From the sequence record LR745208.1: 64,000 bases of DNA; one strand, written 5' to 3'. Each line of letters opens with the position of its first letter. Position 1 is the stretch's first letter. Below the pieces are notes generated by a model, which saw nothing but the letters and a program-made list of their open reading frames with translations, did not search any database and had not been told where the DNA came from. Shown one piece after another: positions 1 through 10,216 of the stretch. Position numbers and translations under genes: made by a program.

Positions 1-1668
1 TGGGTGAACAAACACGCCATCGATGAGTTGTGGTTTCCCATCCTGCACTTTGACATTACCATCGATATTGGACTTTGTGGTAGCAATTCTGGGAATATCG
101 ATAGGACGTTGAACCCCCCTATGAAGTTGGGCCAAATCGCACAATAGCATTGATGCTGTCGGCCTCCCCGGTCTGGACGCCAACTTGTCAGCATAATCCA
201 GCAGCTCATCCCCCAGAGCCCGTCCCTCCTCTACCAGCCGCTGATTGATATAGGATGGGATAGGCAGAGGACCCAACGTGGACCGGTACACCAGCAATGA
301 CAGGTCCACCAACTTCTCGTACACCGTAATGGGGGACATGGCCTTCAGGACTGTTTCAGCCTTGGCCACCGCTGAAGGCAAATCCCGCTTGACATCCAAT
401 AGGAGTGCCAGCAACTCATTCATGAAATCAAGGTGCAAGTACTGGGATACATTGGGAATGTTCACAGCCCCCAACATAGAGACACCTTCCACAGCCTTCA
501 GGCTGTCTCGGATATGGCACTCCGTGATCTCCCCAATGAGCCTAAGGGCCTCCATGTCATACTCGATTGCCTCACTCTGGCAGATCTGGGCAAGTCTCTC
601 GGCCACCTGTTCCGGGACTACTGGCTTAACAATGAATGCCGGAGCACACCGGCTCAGGATAGTATTTCGCATCTTCTCGGGCTCAGTGGTGCAGAAGATG
701 CAGACCAAGAGCTTGTCCTGAGTGCCGGGATAATTGTCCTCCAGGGGCTTCAGGAGAGCATCCAGGGCGTCCGCAGAGAGACGGTGACAGTTCGATACCA
801 GGATAGACCCTGGGGCCCCATCCGATGTCACGAAAAAATTGTGGGTACCTCCCACGGTCACATCATAGACCATAGTGGGAATAGACTCCACTCTCAGGAC
901 CAGCCGGGCATCCCCCTTTCCCACATGTGTTGCAAGGTAGGTGTAGGCTGGGAGTCCATGGGGGTCTGGTGGATGCCCACGGAATCCTCCTAGCGAGGGG
1001 TCCGGCTCCACAAGCGTGTCATCCGCCACAAGGTCGCCCGCTTCCACCCAACCCCTGTTACTGGTGTAGAACCGGTGATTTGATGTGACGGTAAGGGTCA
1101 CTCCAGTACTGAAAGTCAATGTAAGAGTGTCTCGCACCCCCTGAGAAAACCATCCTTCTAGGGGTGCCCATACGGTCCTATCCGTCGCCAGATCCTGGGA
1201 AAGCACATACCCCTGGTACCTGGATTCAACAAGGGTCCGAATGGACACCGGCCCCTCCGTGGTGACAAGCTGGGCATCCTCAGTGAAGCACTCGTCAAAA
1301 AGGTATAGCTTCCGCTTCCCCGAGAAGGTGCTATACTGGATCTCCTCCACGATCTTACGGATGCTGTCTTTTCCGCTGTTAGTGGCCGCATCAATCTCGA
1401 AGAAGTCAGTCGAGGAGCCATTCTCTAGGAGTGACTTGCAGGAGGCACACTGGTCACAGGGGGCACCATCAACGGGCTGGCCACACAGAAGTGCCCTGGC
1501 CAGGATCCTTCCGAGGGTCGTTTTACCCGACCCAAATGGGCCCGACAACAGGTAGGATTGATGGAACCCGGCCCCAGACTTCACGTATTGCTGGAGGATC
1601 TGGATGGTGCTCTTCTGTCCCAGCACATCAGCATAGGTCCTGGGGCGAAATTTCGTGTCTAAAGACAT
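1..1668 (-). CDS. dnaX: DNA polymerase III gamma/tau clamp-loader subunit containing a mini-intein; 3' end runs off the window (not in ORF track)
   Basis: Manual translation from ATG 1668: MSLDTKFRPRTYADVLGQ, Walker A SGPFGSGKTT, Zn motif LLCG..PCDQCASC, EIDAATNSG, Walker B LYLFDE, then CHRLS..DALLKPLE..IFCTTEPEK..TILSRC. Confidence 0.93.
   Translation of the reverse strand, partial: MSLDTKFRPRTYADVLGQKSTIQILQQYVKSGAGFHQSYLLSGPFGSGKTTLGRILARALLCGQPVDGAPCDQCASCKSLLENGSSTDFFEIDAATNSGKDSIRKIVEEIQYSTFSGKRKLYLFDECFTEDAQLVTTEGPVSIRTLVESRYQGYVLSQDLATDRTVWAPLEGWFSQGVRDTLTLTFSTGVTLTVTSNHRFYTSNRGWVEAGDLVADDTLVEPDPSLGGFRGHPPDPHGLPAYTYLATHVGKGDARLVLRVESIPTMVYDVTVGGTHNFFVTSDGAPGSILVSNCHRLSADALDALLKPLEDNYPGTQDKLLVCIFCTTEPEKMRNTILSRCAPAFIVKPVVPEQVAERLAQICQSEAIEYDMEALRLIGEITECHIRDSLKAVEGVSMLGAVNIPNVSQYLHLDFMNELLALLLDVKRDLPSAVAKAETVLKAMSPITVYEKLVDLSLLVYRSTLGPLPIPSYINQRLVEEGRALGDELLDYADKLASRPGRPTASMLLCDLAQLHRGVQRPIDIPRIATTKSNIDGNVKVQDGKPQLIDGVFVHP
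790..1290 (-). mobile_element. Mini-intein (167 aa, no homing endonuclease) inside DnaX right after the Walker B DE
   Basis: Starts CFTEDAQLVT (Cys1), block B TSNHRF, block F VYDVTVGGTHNFFV, ends ILVSN followed by Cys+1. Confidence 0.9.
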
Positions 1669-1698
1669 GTGGGTATTACTCTTTTGAGTGCCAATAGA

Positions 1699-2076
1699 TC
1701 AAGTGACATACTGGTCCCCCTGGAGTCTCCAGGTTCCAAATTCCCCAGGACCAATGGTGTAGTAGACTCTCGTGACCCCTTTCTTAATCAGGGCCTGAGT
1801 GCAATTAGGGCATGGCCGGGCCATTCGCCAACCCCCGTCCGCCCCTACCCGTACCACGAACACAGTCTTTCCATGCCCCAGCTTCCGGAGCATGCGAATC
1901 TCTGCATGAGTTTCTGGGGAAGGCTGTGTGGTATAGGAATTGTGTCCATGGACCAGGACACCATCATGCCGAATACCTGTACAGGCCAGGAAGTAGTTGT
2001 ACTTAGGGGTGGAATGGCCGTTTTTCCTGCCTAGAGCAATCTTGGCAGTAGACGTGAGAATGGCGTGGGGATTCAT
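1699..2076 (-). CDS. Zn-dependent cytidine/dCMP deaminase-fold protein
   Basis: HAE (THAEIRML) and PCxxC (RPCPNC) motifs; start reassigned to MNPHAIL. Confidence 0.85.
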   Translation of the reverse strand: MNPHAILTSTAKIALGRKNGHSTPKYNYFLACTGIRHDGVLVHGHNSYTTQPSPETHAEIRMLRKLGHGKTVFVVRVGADGGWRMARPCPNCTQALIKKGVTRVYYTIGPGEFGTWRLQGDQYVT

Positions 2077-2118
2077 GTCAATCCACGTGAGAACTAGGCA
2101 CAACCACTAGTTCTTAGG

Positions 2119-2622
2119 CTAGTAGGAGAGGGGAAGAGGCAGAAAACTGGGATCCTCCCGTACTTCCTGGATCATCAGACCCCAGTCGGTATTGTGTCCT
2201 GCGGCCAGCCCATAGACGAATCCAGGGCGTTCCTCTGACACAATTCTGGTCAATGTGCGGATCACATTGACTGTGGTTTCCCACTCACTGGAACCCTCTT
2301 GACATTGAGACTGGAAGAGACGGGCTTCGGCTGTACGGAGTTTGATCTCCATAAACAGACCCCTCTCTGTATACTCCTCCAACTGGTCCACCTGAGCAAC
2401 TCGATCCCTCAGTGCCCCGATTGCCTGTTGCAGGCCTGCCATGTCCCCACGAAAGTCATACCCCTCAGGGTAAGTCTGAAGAACAGACTGACTTCTATGC
2501 CCCTGCCGATCATGACCCATTGTTGTCAGCAAGGAATCAATTCGAGAGAGAAGGGTCTCCACGTCGTGGCGAATTGCCAGCAACGTGGGGACTGTGCCAC
2601 TACGAGACTTGTTGGAAGCCAT
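2119..2622 (-). CDS. hypothetical protein
   Basis: 167-aa ORF tiling with neighbours on the minus strand. Confidence 0.6.
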   Translation of the reverse strand: MASNKSRSGTVPTLLAIRHDVETLLSRIDSLLTTMGHDRQGHRSQSVLQTYPEGYDFRGDMAGLQQAIGALRDRVAQVDQLEEYTERGLFMEIKLRTAEARLFQSQCQEGSSEWETTVNVIRTLTRIVSEERPGFVYGLAAGHNTDWGLMIQEVREDPSFLPLPLSY

Positions 2623-2660
2623 ATGGTATTATTCAACCCACCCCACATGGGGTCGTTGGC

Positions 2661-2885
2661 TTATCGATTTGTAGTCGTGAGGGAAGCCACAATCTCCTGA
2701 CAAAGAGACGGAATCAGCCTCGACAGATCGGCCGTGAAGCCAGCTGTGAGACGACGAATCATCTCATCATTGGCCCTGGCACTCTCGGTGCCCCCTCGGC
2801 GGGCCAGATTCTGCAATCGAGCGGTTGACATCTTGCGGTAGTTCTGAGTCGAATTTCGTGCTGCCATTTGGTGATTTGTCCTCAT
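2661..2885 (-). CDS. small hypothetical protein
   Basis: 74-aa ORF co-oriented with neighbours. Confidence 0.45.
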   Translation of the reverse strand: MRTNHQMAARNSTQNYRKMSTARLQNLARRGGTESARANDEMIRRLTAGFTADLSRLIPSLCQEIVASLTTTNR

Positions 2886-2965
2886 CTTGGGTTCTGTTTG
2901 GTAGAACCGGTATGAGGACCTTACACACCCAACTCCAGAAGGCAGACTGAAATCGTTCAGGTTGG

Positions 2966-3250
2966 CTACTTAGATTCTGGAGGGGTCAAGTTACCATCAA
3001 CTTTGATCTTCTCGGCGGCCACAAACTCAAACTCAAGAGGCTCGCACCAAGACTCAAACATGGCGATATACATGGGACTTATCCAAATGATGAACTCCAA
3101 CGGCTGGCTCCCCTGAGAGCCGCGTTTGGAGCTAGATACCTTGGCACCAACTCGTGTAATGGCCCGAACGAAACGGACCATATCAGGTACGGTTGGGAGG
3201 ATGAGGACCCTAAATGCGGTCATCCCGGCAGTAGAAATTACCTTGGCCAT
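2966..3250 (-). CDS. hypothetical protein
   Basis: 94-aa co-oriented ORF. Confidence 0.55.
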   Translation of the reverse strand: MAKVISTAGMTAFRVLILPTVPDMVRFVRAITRVGAKVSSSKRGSQGSQPLEFIIWISPMYIAMFESWCEPLEFEFVAAEKIKVDGNLTPPESK

Positions 3251-3286
3251 GGTCTACAGGTGGGTCCCGATAGGAACTCAACCAAC

Positions 3287-3655
3287 CTAGGCCAAACCAA
3301 TTGTTGGAGCCCGCCAGACCCGATACTCCAGGACGTGAGATAGGATGACCTGCTTCAAGTAGGAGCACCCCTCTGCAAACCCTTCGGACTGCCCAAGCAT
3401 GGCCTGCTGGACCACAGGATCCTTTATGGTATCCACAGTATCCAGCAGTTCCTTGGAAATCCTGGAAAATGTGGCATCCAGATCCATCAGGGGGACCCCC
3501 CTCCCAATATTCAACATCACGTCAAGGAGGGCTTGTGCCCTAGCCCCATAACGTGAGTTGTGTGGGCTCAGGTTGGACATCTCCAGGGCCATCTGGTATT
3601 CCAATTCGAGCGCAGCAAGGGCGGCAACTGTCATGTGGTTAGAAGGGGTCATCAT
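3287..3655 (-). CDS. hypothetical protein
   Basis: 122-aa ORF starting 6 nt after the upstream stop. Confidence 0.6.
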   Translation of the reverse strand: MMTPSNHMTVAALAALELEYQMALEMSNLSPHNSRYGARAQALLDVMLNIGRGVPLMDLDATFSRISKELLDTVDTIKDPVVQQAMLGQSEGFAEGCSYLKQVILSHVLEYRVWRAPTIGLA

Positions 3656-3660
3656 TTCAA

Positions 3661-4473
3661 TTACTCCACCAATGTCCTGACTCTGGCATACAAATCAGCG
3701 GGCAACCTCGTCCGCAGGGCCTCTTGGATACCCTTGGGGCTGTGCCGCGCTGAGAAATGGGTGAATAGCAACTCCTTGTTCTGAAACAAGTGTGCCCGCT
3801 CCACTACGTCATCCAGGTGCATATGACCCCTGGACCGAGCTTCCTTAGCGTTCAGGGTATCATCCACGAAGGAGACCTCCATGACCAGCAAATCAGCGGT
3901 ATACAGTTCCGGGTTTCGATCCAAACCCTCCACTGTGGTGTCTCCCGTGAAAGCCACTCGAAGCACCTCCACCTCCTCGGAGACCCCAACCCCACGCTTG
4001 CGTAGGGCAATGATCTCCTCGTTGGTATGGCCCTGAAACTCCAACTTGAGCTTCGTTCTCTTGTGGTAGACCTTGTAACCATAACATGGCACCCGGTGTA
4101 CCATCTCAATTGGCACTGCAACCAACCCTCCCTTGAGTGGGTACCTCTCCCCAACCGTGCAAGGAATCACGTTGGCTCGCATGGCCCCCCGGTCCAACTT
4201 CCCCATGGCGTCCAACATTCCCAACACATCCTGCCAGATCACAACAGGCACGAAGTATGTTGGGGCTGGCAACCCCCGCCCAGCCCGCCGAGCCGCATGG
4301 TAGGCCAGCGCACCGATGTGGTCCATATGGCCATGGGTTATCAGAATTGTGGGGATATGAACCGCAAATTCAGGGCATCTTCCAATGTCGAAGGCGAAAT
4401 CGGGAAACGCGATGCAGGTCTCCACCCCCGCCACCGATACCGCTGTCACAGGAAATGTCAGATCTAGTTTCAT
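3661..4473 (-). CDS. Metallo-beta-lactamase-fold ribonuclease, short tRNase Z type
   Basis: ITHGHMDHIG (HxHxDH), HRVPCYGY, exosite-like insert, AFTGDT, RGHMH, THFSARH; ATG overlaps the upstream TGA. Confidence 0.85.
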   Translation of the reverse strand: MKLDLTFPVTAVSVAGVETCIAFPDFAFDIGRCPEFAVHIPTILITHGHMDHIGALAYHAARRAGRGLPAPTYFVPVVIWQDVLGMLDAMGKLDRGAMRANVIPCTVGERYPLKGGLVAVPIEMVHRVPCYGYKVYHKRTKLKLEFQGHTNEEIIALRKRGVGVSEEVEVLRVAFTGDTTVEGLDRNPELYTADLLVMEVSFVDDTLNAKEARSRGHMHLDDVVERAHLFQNKELLFTHFSARHSPKGIQEALRTRLPADLYARVRTLVE

Positions 4474-5222
4474 CGTTGTGGACCCAGCATCAAGGCATGG
4501 AAGTGTTCCCGGCCACACTTGACCTCGAAGGTCACATCATTCGGGTGGAGTCGGTAGATTCGGTATCTGGCCACCGGCAGTCCCAAGGATTCCTCCAGCC
4601 ACGCCTTGGTGCGAGCAACAGCACCCCGCCTGCTGGGGACGATGTCCCCATTGGGGGCTGGCACGGTGACCCGGGCTGCAATTGTGATCCCAGCCAGATA
4701 GGTCGTTCCCGGCATGGGGGACTCCGGGTCCATCTGAACCACATCCCCCACATAAACCTTACAGCCTCGGAGGGTGCCACCATTTACCTGTAGTGGTTCA
4801 TATACATGACCCGACGTGTAGTCAGGGTTGTCTCCCGCCAGAGTTTCGAGGTAGGCAGTCACCAGCCCCTTACGCCCTCGCACGGTACCGATCAGGGCAT
4901 CCACCACATCCTCCGTGGTGATTGCTGCCCCCGTCCGCTCATCTCGAACCCCATCCGCTGCCAGTTGGTCAACAAGGCTCCCAGTGAACTCCCTGTTCTT
5001 CATGTTTTCTTCGAGGATACACAACGAACGCCTCACCGCATTTCGATAGCTGATTCCCGCGAGGACTAGGGCATCCACCTGATGGTTTCCACGGCGAACA
5101 CCTCGCTGTACCTCCCCCGCCAGGGTGTGTAATAGGCGAACAAAACGAGGTGACTTCCCCATAGAATCCACCAGATCCACGAGATGTGTGGCCAGCTTGG
5201 TCGAATAGGCGTTGGTCAACAT
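4470..5222 (-). CDS. hypothetical protein
   Basis: Long ORF; ATG 5222 preceded by GAGAGG RBS. Confidence 0.7.
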   Translation of the reverse strand: MLTNAYSTKLATHLVDLVDSMGKSPRFVRLLHTLAGEVQRGVRRGNHQVDALVLAGISYRNAVRRSLCILEENMKNREFTGSLVDQLAADGVRDERTGAAITTEDVVDALIGTVRGRKGLVTAYLETLAGDNPDYTSGHVYEPLQVNGGTLRGCKVYVGDVVQMDPESPMPGTTYLAGITIAARVTVPAPNGDIVPSRRGAVARTKAWLEESLGLPVARYRIYRLHPNDVTFEVKCGREHFHALMLGPQR

Positions 5223-5301
5223 GGTGTTCCTCTCTACACCCATCGGCATGAGAAACAACAATTTTACCAAAATCGTCCGAGTGGGACAAAATGCCCCGTG
5301 G

Positions 5302-5568
5302 CTAGGCTGGCTCCCGAACTCTGTCCTGGATTGCCGCTCGGATTGCATGTAGTCCCCAAAACACCGCCATCCCAGCCCACAGAGCACAGATTCTCTTGTC
5401 TGTCGACACCACAGCGAGCATCATGGCAACCATCGTCACTATGGTGTCCCCGAGAAACCTCCAGGACATGGCAATATTTCGGACGGCATGTATTGCTTGG
5501 CTGACCCCGGCATCTTTGTTGGGGTCTCGGATGGCATATACTTTTTGGGTGGGGGTAGGTTGTATCAC
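5302..5568 (-). CDS. small membrane protein (two hydrophobic segments)
   Basis: TIVTMVAMMLAVVS and ICALWAGMAVFWGLHAI. Confidence 0.5.
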   Translation of the reverse strand: MIQPTPTQKVYAIRDPNKDAGVSQAIHAVRNIAMSWRFLGDTIVTMVAMMLAVVSTDKRICALWAGMAVFWGLHAIRAAIQDRVREPA

Positions 5569-5632
5569 ACCTAGGATGACCTAGAGGCGGGTAAGCGGGA
5601 AACGAGTAGCCCAATGAGGGGCATTGGGGGGA

Positions 5633-6121
5633 TTATTCAGACTGGGTACCTATTGCGGCCTCAACATCTAGGCCAACACTTTCACTTGGCTTACCATCCT
5701 CCGACTCCTCGGGGGTGGGGCGCCAATTCCCGTGCCGCTTGAGTTCCCCCCAGTAGAAGGAAACCTCAGGGGAAGCAAGGCTGCACTTGACATCACCGTC
5801 ATCTGTCTCCGTGACATTGCAGGCACAGAGGAGGTGGTCAACCAGTGCCGACCGTTGGTCATTCGATAGGGTCAGCCACTCGTCATTGGCGATCTCAAGG
5901 ACGTACTTGTACTCACTCTTCCCGAGAATCTTGAACAGTGGACCAGCCTTGCGGGTCTTCCCCAGTACCTTCTGGCCACCTGACTTGCTGGCCTTCCCCC
6001 GGAAGATCACCGCAATCTCCTTGTCCACCAGAGCAAGGTTTGGGTGGTTGTTCGAGATATGGAACTGAACCAGCTCCATTACCTCACTGCCAGCTTCCCA
6101 GATATCACTTCCCTTTGCCAC
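5633..6121 (-). CDS. putative phage metallopeptidase-like protein
   Basis: EIANDEWLTLSNDQRSALVDHLLCAC resembles the DHELxH region of phage metallopeptidase-like proteins, with a degenerate motif. Confidence 0.6.
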   Translation of the reverse strand: MAKGSDIWEAGSEVMELVQFHISNNHPNLALVDKEIAVIFRGKASKSGGQKVLGKTRKAGPLFKILGKSEYKYVLEIANDEWLTLSNDQRSALVDHLLCACNVTETDDGDVKCSLASPEVSFYWGELKRHGNWRPTPEESEDGKPSESVGLDVEAAIGTQSE

Positions 6122-6339
6122 TAGACACCTTCCTTCTTGATGATGCCCATTTCCAGGGCCTGCTTGAGTATGTTGTAGGTCTCGATCTCCCGCTCCGTTC
6201 GGCTCTTTCGACCCAGAGCCCGTCGATACTTCTTGGGCACCAATCTCCGGATCAGTGCCCTAAACTCTGCTCGTCGGACCTGACGAGACTTCCTAGTCGC
6301 TGGGACCACGACCGGATCAACTTCTGTCTGTTCCACCAT
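6121..6339 (-). CDS. small basic hypothetical protein
   Basis: R/K-rich ORF whose stop overlaps the downstream start. Confidence 0.55.
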   Translation of the reverse strand: MVEQTEVDPVVVPATRKSRQVRRAEFRALIRRLVPKKYRRALGRKSRTEREIETYNILKQALEMGIIKKEGV

Positions 6340-6386
6340 TTGTGTCTCTCGTTTCGTTTCAAGCACTCCCAATTGGGAGGAAATAG

Positions 6387-7127
6387 TTACCTGTTGAACA
6401 CTTCTCTTACTCTCTTCAGGCCCCCCTTGTCCCAGACAACTCCGGGGTCCTTACCTGAATACCGAAAATCCAGAGCCTTGACCCCCACCCGTTGAAGCAA
6501 CCCAATAGCCCCCAGACGTGGTTTACCAGTCTGCTCATCCACCCATCCATGGATAGCCTTACGTCCCGTAGCGTCGTTGTCATAGACCATGTACACCCGG
6601 TTCGTACAGAATCGAGCCAGGAACCCAATTGTAGGTTTATCCAACCCCGCTCGGATCGTAGCTATTACTGCATCCCCCTTTGGGATCACCCAATGCAAAG
6701 CACACAAATCGAACAGACCCTCCACAATCCAGATGGACCCACCTGCCCACATCTTCTCGGCCGCCTGCGGGGCATTGATCATCACGGCATTCCATCGAGA
6801 CTCGGGAACCAAAAACTCCGTGATCCTCTTCTCAAACCTGGACCGGAACTCCACCCCAAGCAGTCTACCAGAAGGGGCAATCAAAGGAATGGCCACCATC
6901 CTATCCAATCTATCTCCATGGGACCCATACCGTTTTGTGAACTGCTCACTTGGGCATGCAGTAGAAGCTGGGACCCATTCCTTGATCCCTAGCTGACCAA
7001 TCAGTGTCGTGCTGGCCCCCCTCCCCAGAAGGTGCCCCTCACACTCCTCCGAGAGCCCCAGGGTACTCAGGTGCTCCCCCAACCACATTGCAATGGCCGA
7101 ACTCATACTGTCGTAGGTTGCCCCCAA
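6387..7127 (-). CDS. DNA primase catalytic (Toprim) domain, no N-terminal Zn finger
   Basis: IPLIAPSGRLLGVEFR, WIVEGLFD, YMVYDNDATG (DxD), KDPG. Confidence 0.8.
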   Translation of the reverse strand: MGATYDSMSSAIAMWLGEHLSTLGLSEECEGHLLGRGASTTLIGQLGIKEWVPASTACPSEQFTKRYGSHGDRLDRMVAIPLIAPSGRLLGVEFRSRFEKRITEFLVPESRWNAVMINAPQAAEKMWAGGSIWIVEGLFDLCALHWVIPKGDAVIATIRAGLDKPTIGFLARFCTNRVYMVYDNDATGRKAIHGWVDEQTGKPRLGAIGLLQRVGVKALDFRYSGKDPGVVWDKGGLKRVREVFNR

Positions 7128-7645
7128 CTCCCTAGTATTGCCAGCCCCCGCACGTCATGTATCACAAAAGCATAAGACTCCCCAAAAACCCTCACAATGC
7201 CAAATGGGGGGTCCTGTGGGACCAAAATACCAGCATAAGAGGGAACCCATTTGGCTCTTACCAGAGTTACCCCATCGGGCAACTCAATTAGGTTCCCACC
7301 AGTCAGGCCCACCACCAACTCTAAATCTCCTGCCACCCCCCTAATTACCCTCAAATAATGAAGAGCATCCAGAAGCCCTCCCTGGTCAAACAAAAAGCCA
7401 TTCCCCAATCCTTCCCGACCTGCAATCTTCTGAACAATGGCTGGGAACAAATCCTCAAACCGAGCCCCATCCTGACGGACGGCTGCTCGAACAAAGGGTT
7501 CCTGTGTTCCCATGGCCTTCTCAACCCACAGGAGACTTTTAGTTGCAGTCACTAGGTATGGGTTGGATGTTGAAGACACAGGTGTCTCAATATATAGAGG
7601 GGTGCCCTTGACCCCAGGCATCTGAACAACAGGAAGGAAGGACAT
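7103..7645 (-). CDS. hypothetical protein
   Basis: 180-aa tiling ORF. Confidence 0.6.
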   Translation of the reverse strand: MSFLPVVQMPGVKGTPLYIETPVSSTSNPYLVTATKSLLWVEKAMGTQEPFVRAAVRQDGARFEDLFPAIVQKIAGREGLGNGFLFDQGGLLDALHYLRVIRGVAGDLELVVGLTGGNLIELPDGVTLVRAKWVPSYAGILVPQDPPFGIVRVFGESYAFVIHDVRGLAILGSWGQPTTV

Positions 7646-7648
7646 GGC

Positions 7649-8155
7649 TTACAGTGTGATGTGCCACGAAGTCGTGTGGACATACACAGGATGTGGATTG
7701 GTGTAGGGCAACAAGCCCGGGATTGTGTATGAAACGGTCAGGAAGCCCGGGTCTACCATGGTGGTGGGCTCGGACTCCTCCAGATCTTCCAGGTGACTCT
7801 CTCCCAGCACCCACATGAGAGCTGAGATATCGGGATACCTGATTGCAATCTCCGCAATGGTAGAGGTAATAAGGAACCTCTTGAAGTCCTCTTTCACACC
7901 CTCTCGGGTATTACCACAATCGAAGTCTGGGCACCCAGCCGCCTTGACCAGACCCCCATGTGCCTCATCACAAGTCACAAATGAGCCATCCCCCGCTGCC
8001 AATCGACAGAACCTAATATCCCCATTCGGGGTATTGAGGATCGCATTGTTGACACAGCACTCGGGTCTCTGGGAGAGTGAGTCCCTCAGGGCCTTCTTCA
8101 GGTGCCTGAACTGCACCTGCTTCAGCTTATGTCGCACTTGCCCTTCGGTTCTCAC
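7649..8155 (-). CDS. hypothetical Cys-containing protein
   Basis: 168-aa tiling ORF with scattered Cys. Confidence 0.6.
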   Translation of the reverse strand: MRTEGQVRHKLKQVQFRHLKKALRDSLSQRPECCVNNAILNTPNGDIRFCRLAAGDGSFVTCDEAHGGLVKAAGCPDFDCGNTREGVKEDFKRFLITSTIAEIAIRYPDISALMWVLGESHLEDLEESEPTTMVDPGFLTVSYTIPGLLPYTNPHPVYVHTTSWHITL

Positions 8156-9072
8156 AGGTGCTCCTCGACAATCCTTACCACGACCTTAGGGTCCAACTTG
8201 GAGCCAGTGAGCCTAGGGCTTCCCCCAATAGTGTTGCTCCCACCCCACTGATCTACAGTACCCCCCTCGGCGTCATTCAACGCCACAAGGATGCGGGTCA
8301 TGTTGAATGGGACAAAAGGGGACATCCTCCCTATTGAGTATGTCCAGGCCCCATCCTGCCTGGGCCTGACCGCCACGAATGCTTTACAGCCATGAGCAAA
8401 CAAGGCTGTTCTGGCATGTGTTCCCGTCTCCTGAACCATCATCCAGCCCTTGCCTGAATGAAGGATGTCATACCTCAGGTCCAGGTCCACAGAGCCCCCA
8501 CTACCCGTCACATGACGCAGAATCCGATGTTCCACATCCGTGATGACCCCCACGTAGGCGGACGTCTCCCGTCGGTCCAGCTGTCCGGAGAGACGAAACC
8601 TCCGGTATGGCTCGAACACCCAGGCCAGCTCCCGTAGCACGGGAAGATCCGCCGGGTAGGGATATGCACCAGCGGTGGTGTCCAGGGCGTCCTCCATGGA
8701 GACCAGCCGATTCAGGATGGGGTTCATCACGGCCCCCGCAAGGCTAGCATGGTTCAGCAGAAACCAGGAAGTACAGACATCCTCATCACAATCATTCACC
8801 CAGACATGAGCATGAGGGCCATGCTCATTCCGGAACGTGTCGAACAAACCTTGCCGAATGGCCATTAGAACCTGACCACAGGTCGCCCGTGTGGACAGCC
8901 GATCTACCTCCGTGTGGTGGTCAAAATTGGCATAGGGACCGACCCCTGAGAACCTGGGGCCTACCCCGAGGTAGCCATCCAGACAAATGGAGTACGGAGG
9001 CTTCTGCTCACAGAAGCCTGCCCAGGTTGTTGCATGGTCACCCAGATCGACGTGTAGTGAAATATTCTTCAC
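8152..9072 (-). CDS. DHH-like phosphoesterase family protein
   Basis: CLDG, NFDHH, NDCDED, C-terminal WGGSNTIGGSPR. Confidence 0.55.
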   Translation of the reverse strand: MKNISLHVDLGDHATTWAGFCEQKPPYSICLDGYLGVGPRFSGVGPYANFDHHTEVDRLSTRATCGQVLMAIRQGLFDTFRNEHGPHAHVWVNDCDEDVCTSWFLLNHASLAGAVMNPILNRLVSMEDALDTTAGAYPYPADLPVLRELAWVFEPYRRFRLSGQLDRRETSAYVGVITDVEHRILRHVTGSGGSVDLDLRYDILHSGKGWMMVQETGTHARTALFAHGCKAFVAVRPRQDGAWTYSIGRMSPFVPFNMTRILVALNDAEGGTVDQWGGSNTIGGSPRLTGSKLDPKVVVRIVEEHL

Positions 9073-9079
9073 TACTGGG

Positions 9080-10216
9080 TTACACCTTTTGTGGTGGACA
9101 CAGTGTCTTCTTGATCCGACCCATGACTGTCTCCACTTCGGAAACCCTCAGGTGGTAATCCTGGGCCATCTGAGCCTTGGTTTTCCCAGCCAGTAGGCCC
9201 TCAAAGATCTCTACTCCACGACTTGGCCCCCGCTTCCGCAGGACTTCCCGAAAATGGTCTACGTCAGACCTTCTCACCAGGACATCCTCGGCGGTGATAT
9301 CTGAAGGGCTAGAGAAGTCAACCACACCAAAACCCTTCCCTCCCAAAGTACCAGAAACATGCTCCCTCACAGGTTCCTCTGCATGGATAGGGATCCAGGA
9401 ATCTCCCAGCTCCAGCTCCCGGTGGGTCTTGGCTCCGGTGAGGGTACGCATGGCAGCATCCGTACCCCAACCACGAATTTCCGTGCAAGCCCTCTGGTAA
9501 GACCAAATCTTGAGGACTGATGCTTGCACATCGTTCCCCTGCCGCAGGTGTTCCCCCAGGGTATCCTTGGCAATCCACCCGGCCATGATGGCTTGGATAT
9601 GATCCTCAATATTGTCCCGAGTTCGGGAATTGCTCATTTTCTTGCCTAGGTGCTGAGTCAGGGTTGGATATACCCATGCCCAGTTTTCCCTAATCCAAGC
9701 TCCGGTCAGGTTCTCTCCTCGCCGAAGCGATGGCAGAGGCTTCCGAAACTTCACCTTTTGGGAAGGGTACCAAATAGAGGCATGAGCAAGCGGGTTGATG
9801 GCCCTTGTCCCCCCCAGCAACTCCAGGGTGGTCTCCCCCTGAAGAGCTAGAAGTGCCCTTGCCAATGGGTTGATGGCGTCCACTCCACCGAGCAGGTCCA
9901 GTAGTACCTCCTGGGTCGGATCCAATACCACTGATACTTCCAGGGTGTGTCCTATCACCTGCTGAACTGGTGGAGGCACATCCAATACCGAAGGCTGGGA
10001 AACCCCCCAACCAGTGACAATTCTGGCAAGTGGATTTGTAGCCTCAGGTCCACCAAGCAGAGTCATGGCTCCCTCCATCTGGAGAGCCAGAACCTCTCGC
10101 ATGAGGGGGTTGATCGCATCTACCCCACCCAGCAAATCCAGGGTGATGTAGGAAGCATCAAGAGCAACAAGTTCAACTGGCCGAACATCCCCGGCGAGGT
10201 TAGTTGAGGAAATCAC
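9080..10216 (-). CDS. Repeat-containing protein with a C-terminal sigma-4-like HTH
   Basis: Four LLGGxxAINPL motifs in the N-terminal half; C-terminal LLAGKTKAQMAQDYHLRVSEVETVMGRIK. Confidence 0.55.
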   Translation of the reverse strand: MISSTNLAGDVRPVELVALDASYITLDLLGGVDAINPLMREVLALQMEGAMTLLGGPEATNPLARIVTGWGVSQPSVLDVPPPVQQVIGHTLEVSVVLDPTQEVLLDLLGGVDAINPLARALLALQGETTLELLGGTRAINPLAHASIWYPSQKVKFRKPLPSLRRGENLTGAWIRENWAWVYPTLTQHLGKKMSNSRTRDNIEDHIQAIMAGWIAKDTLGEHLRQGNDVQASVLKIWSYQRACTEIRGWGTDAAMRTLTGAKTHRELELGDSWIPIHAEEPVREHVSGTLGGKGFGVVDFSSPSDITAEDVLVRRSDVDHFREVLRKRGPSRGVEIFEGLLAGKTKAQMAQDYHLRVSEVETVMGRIKKTLCPPQKV

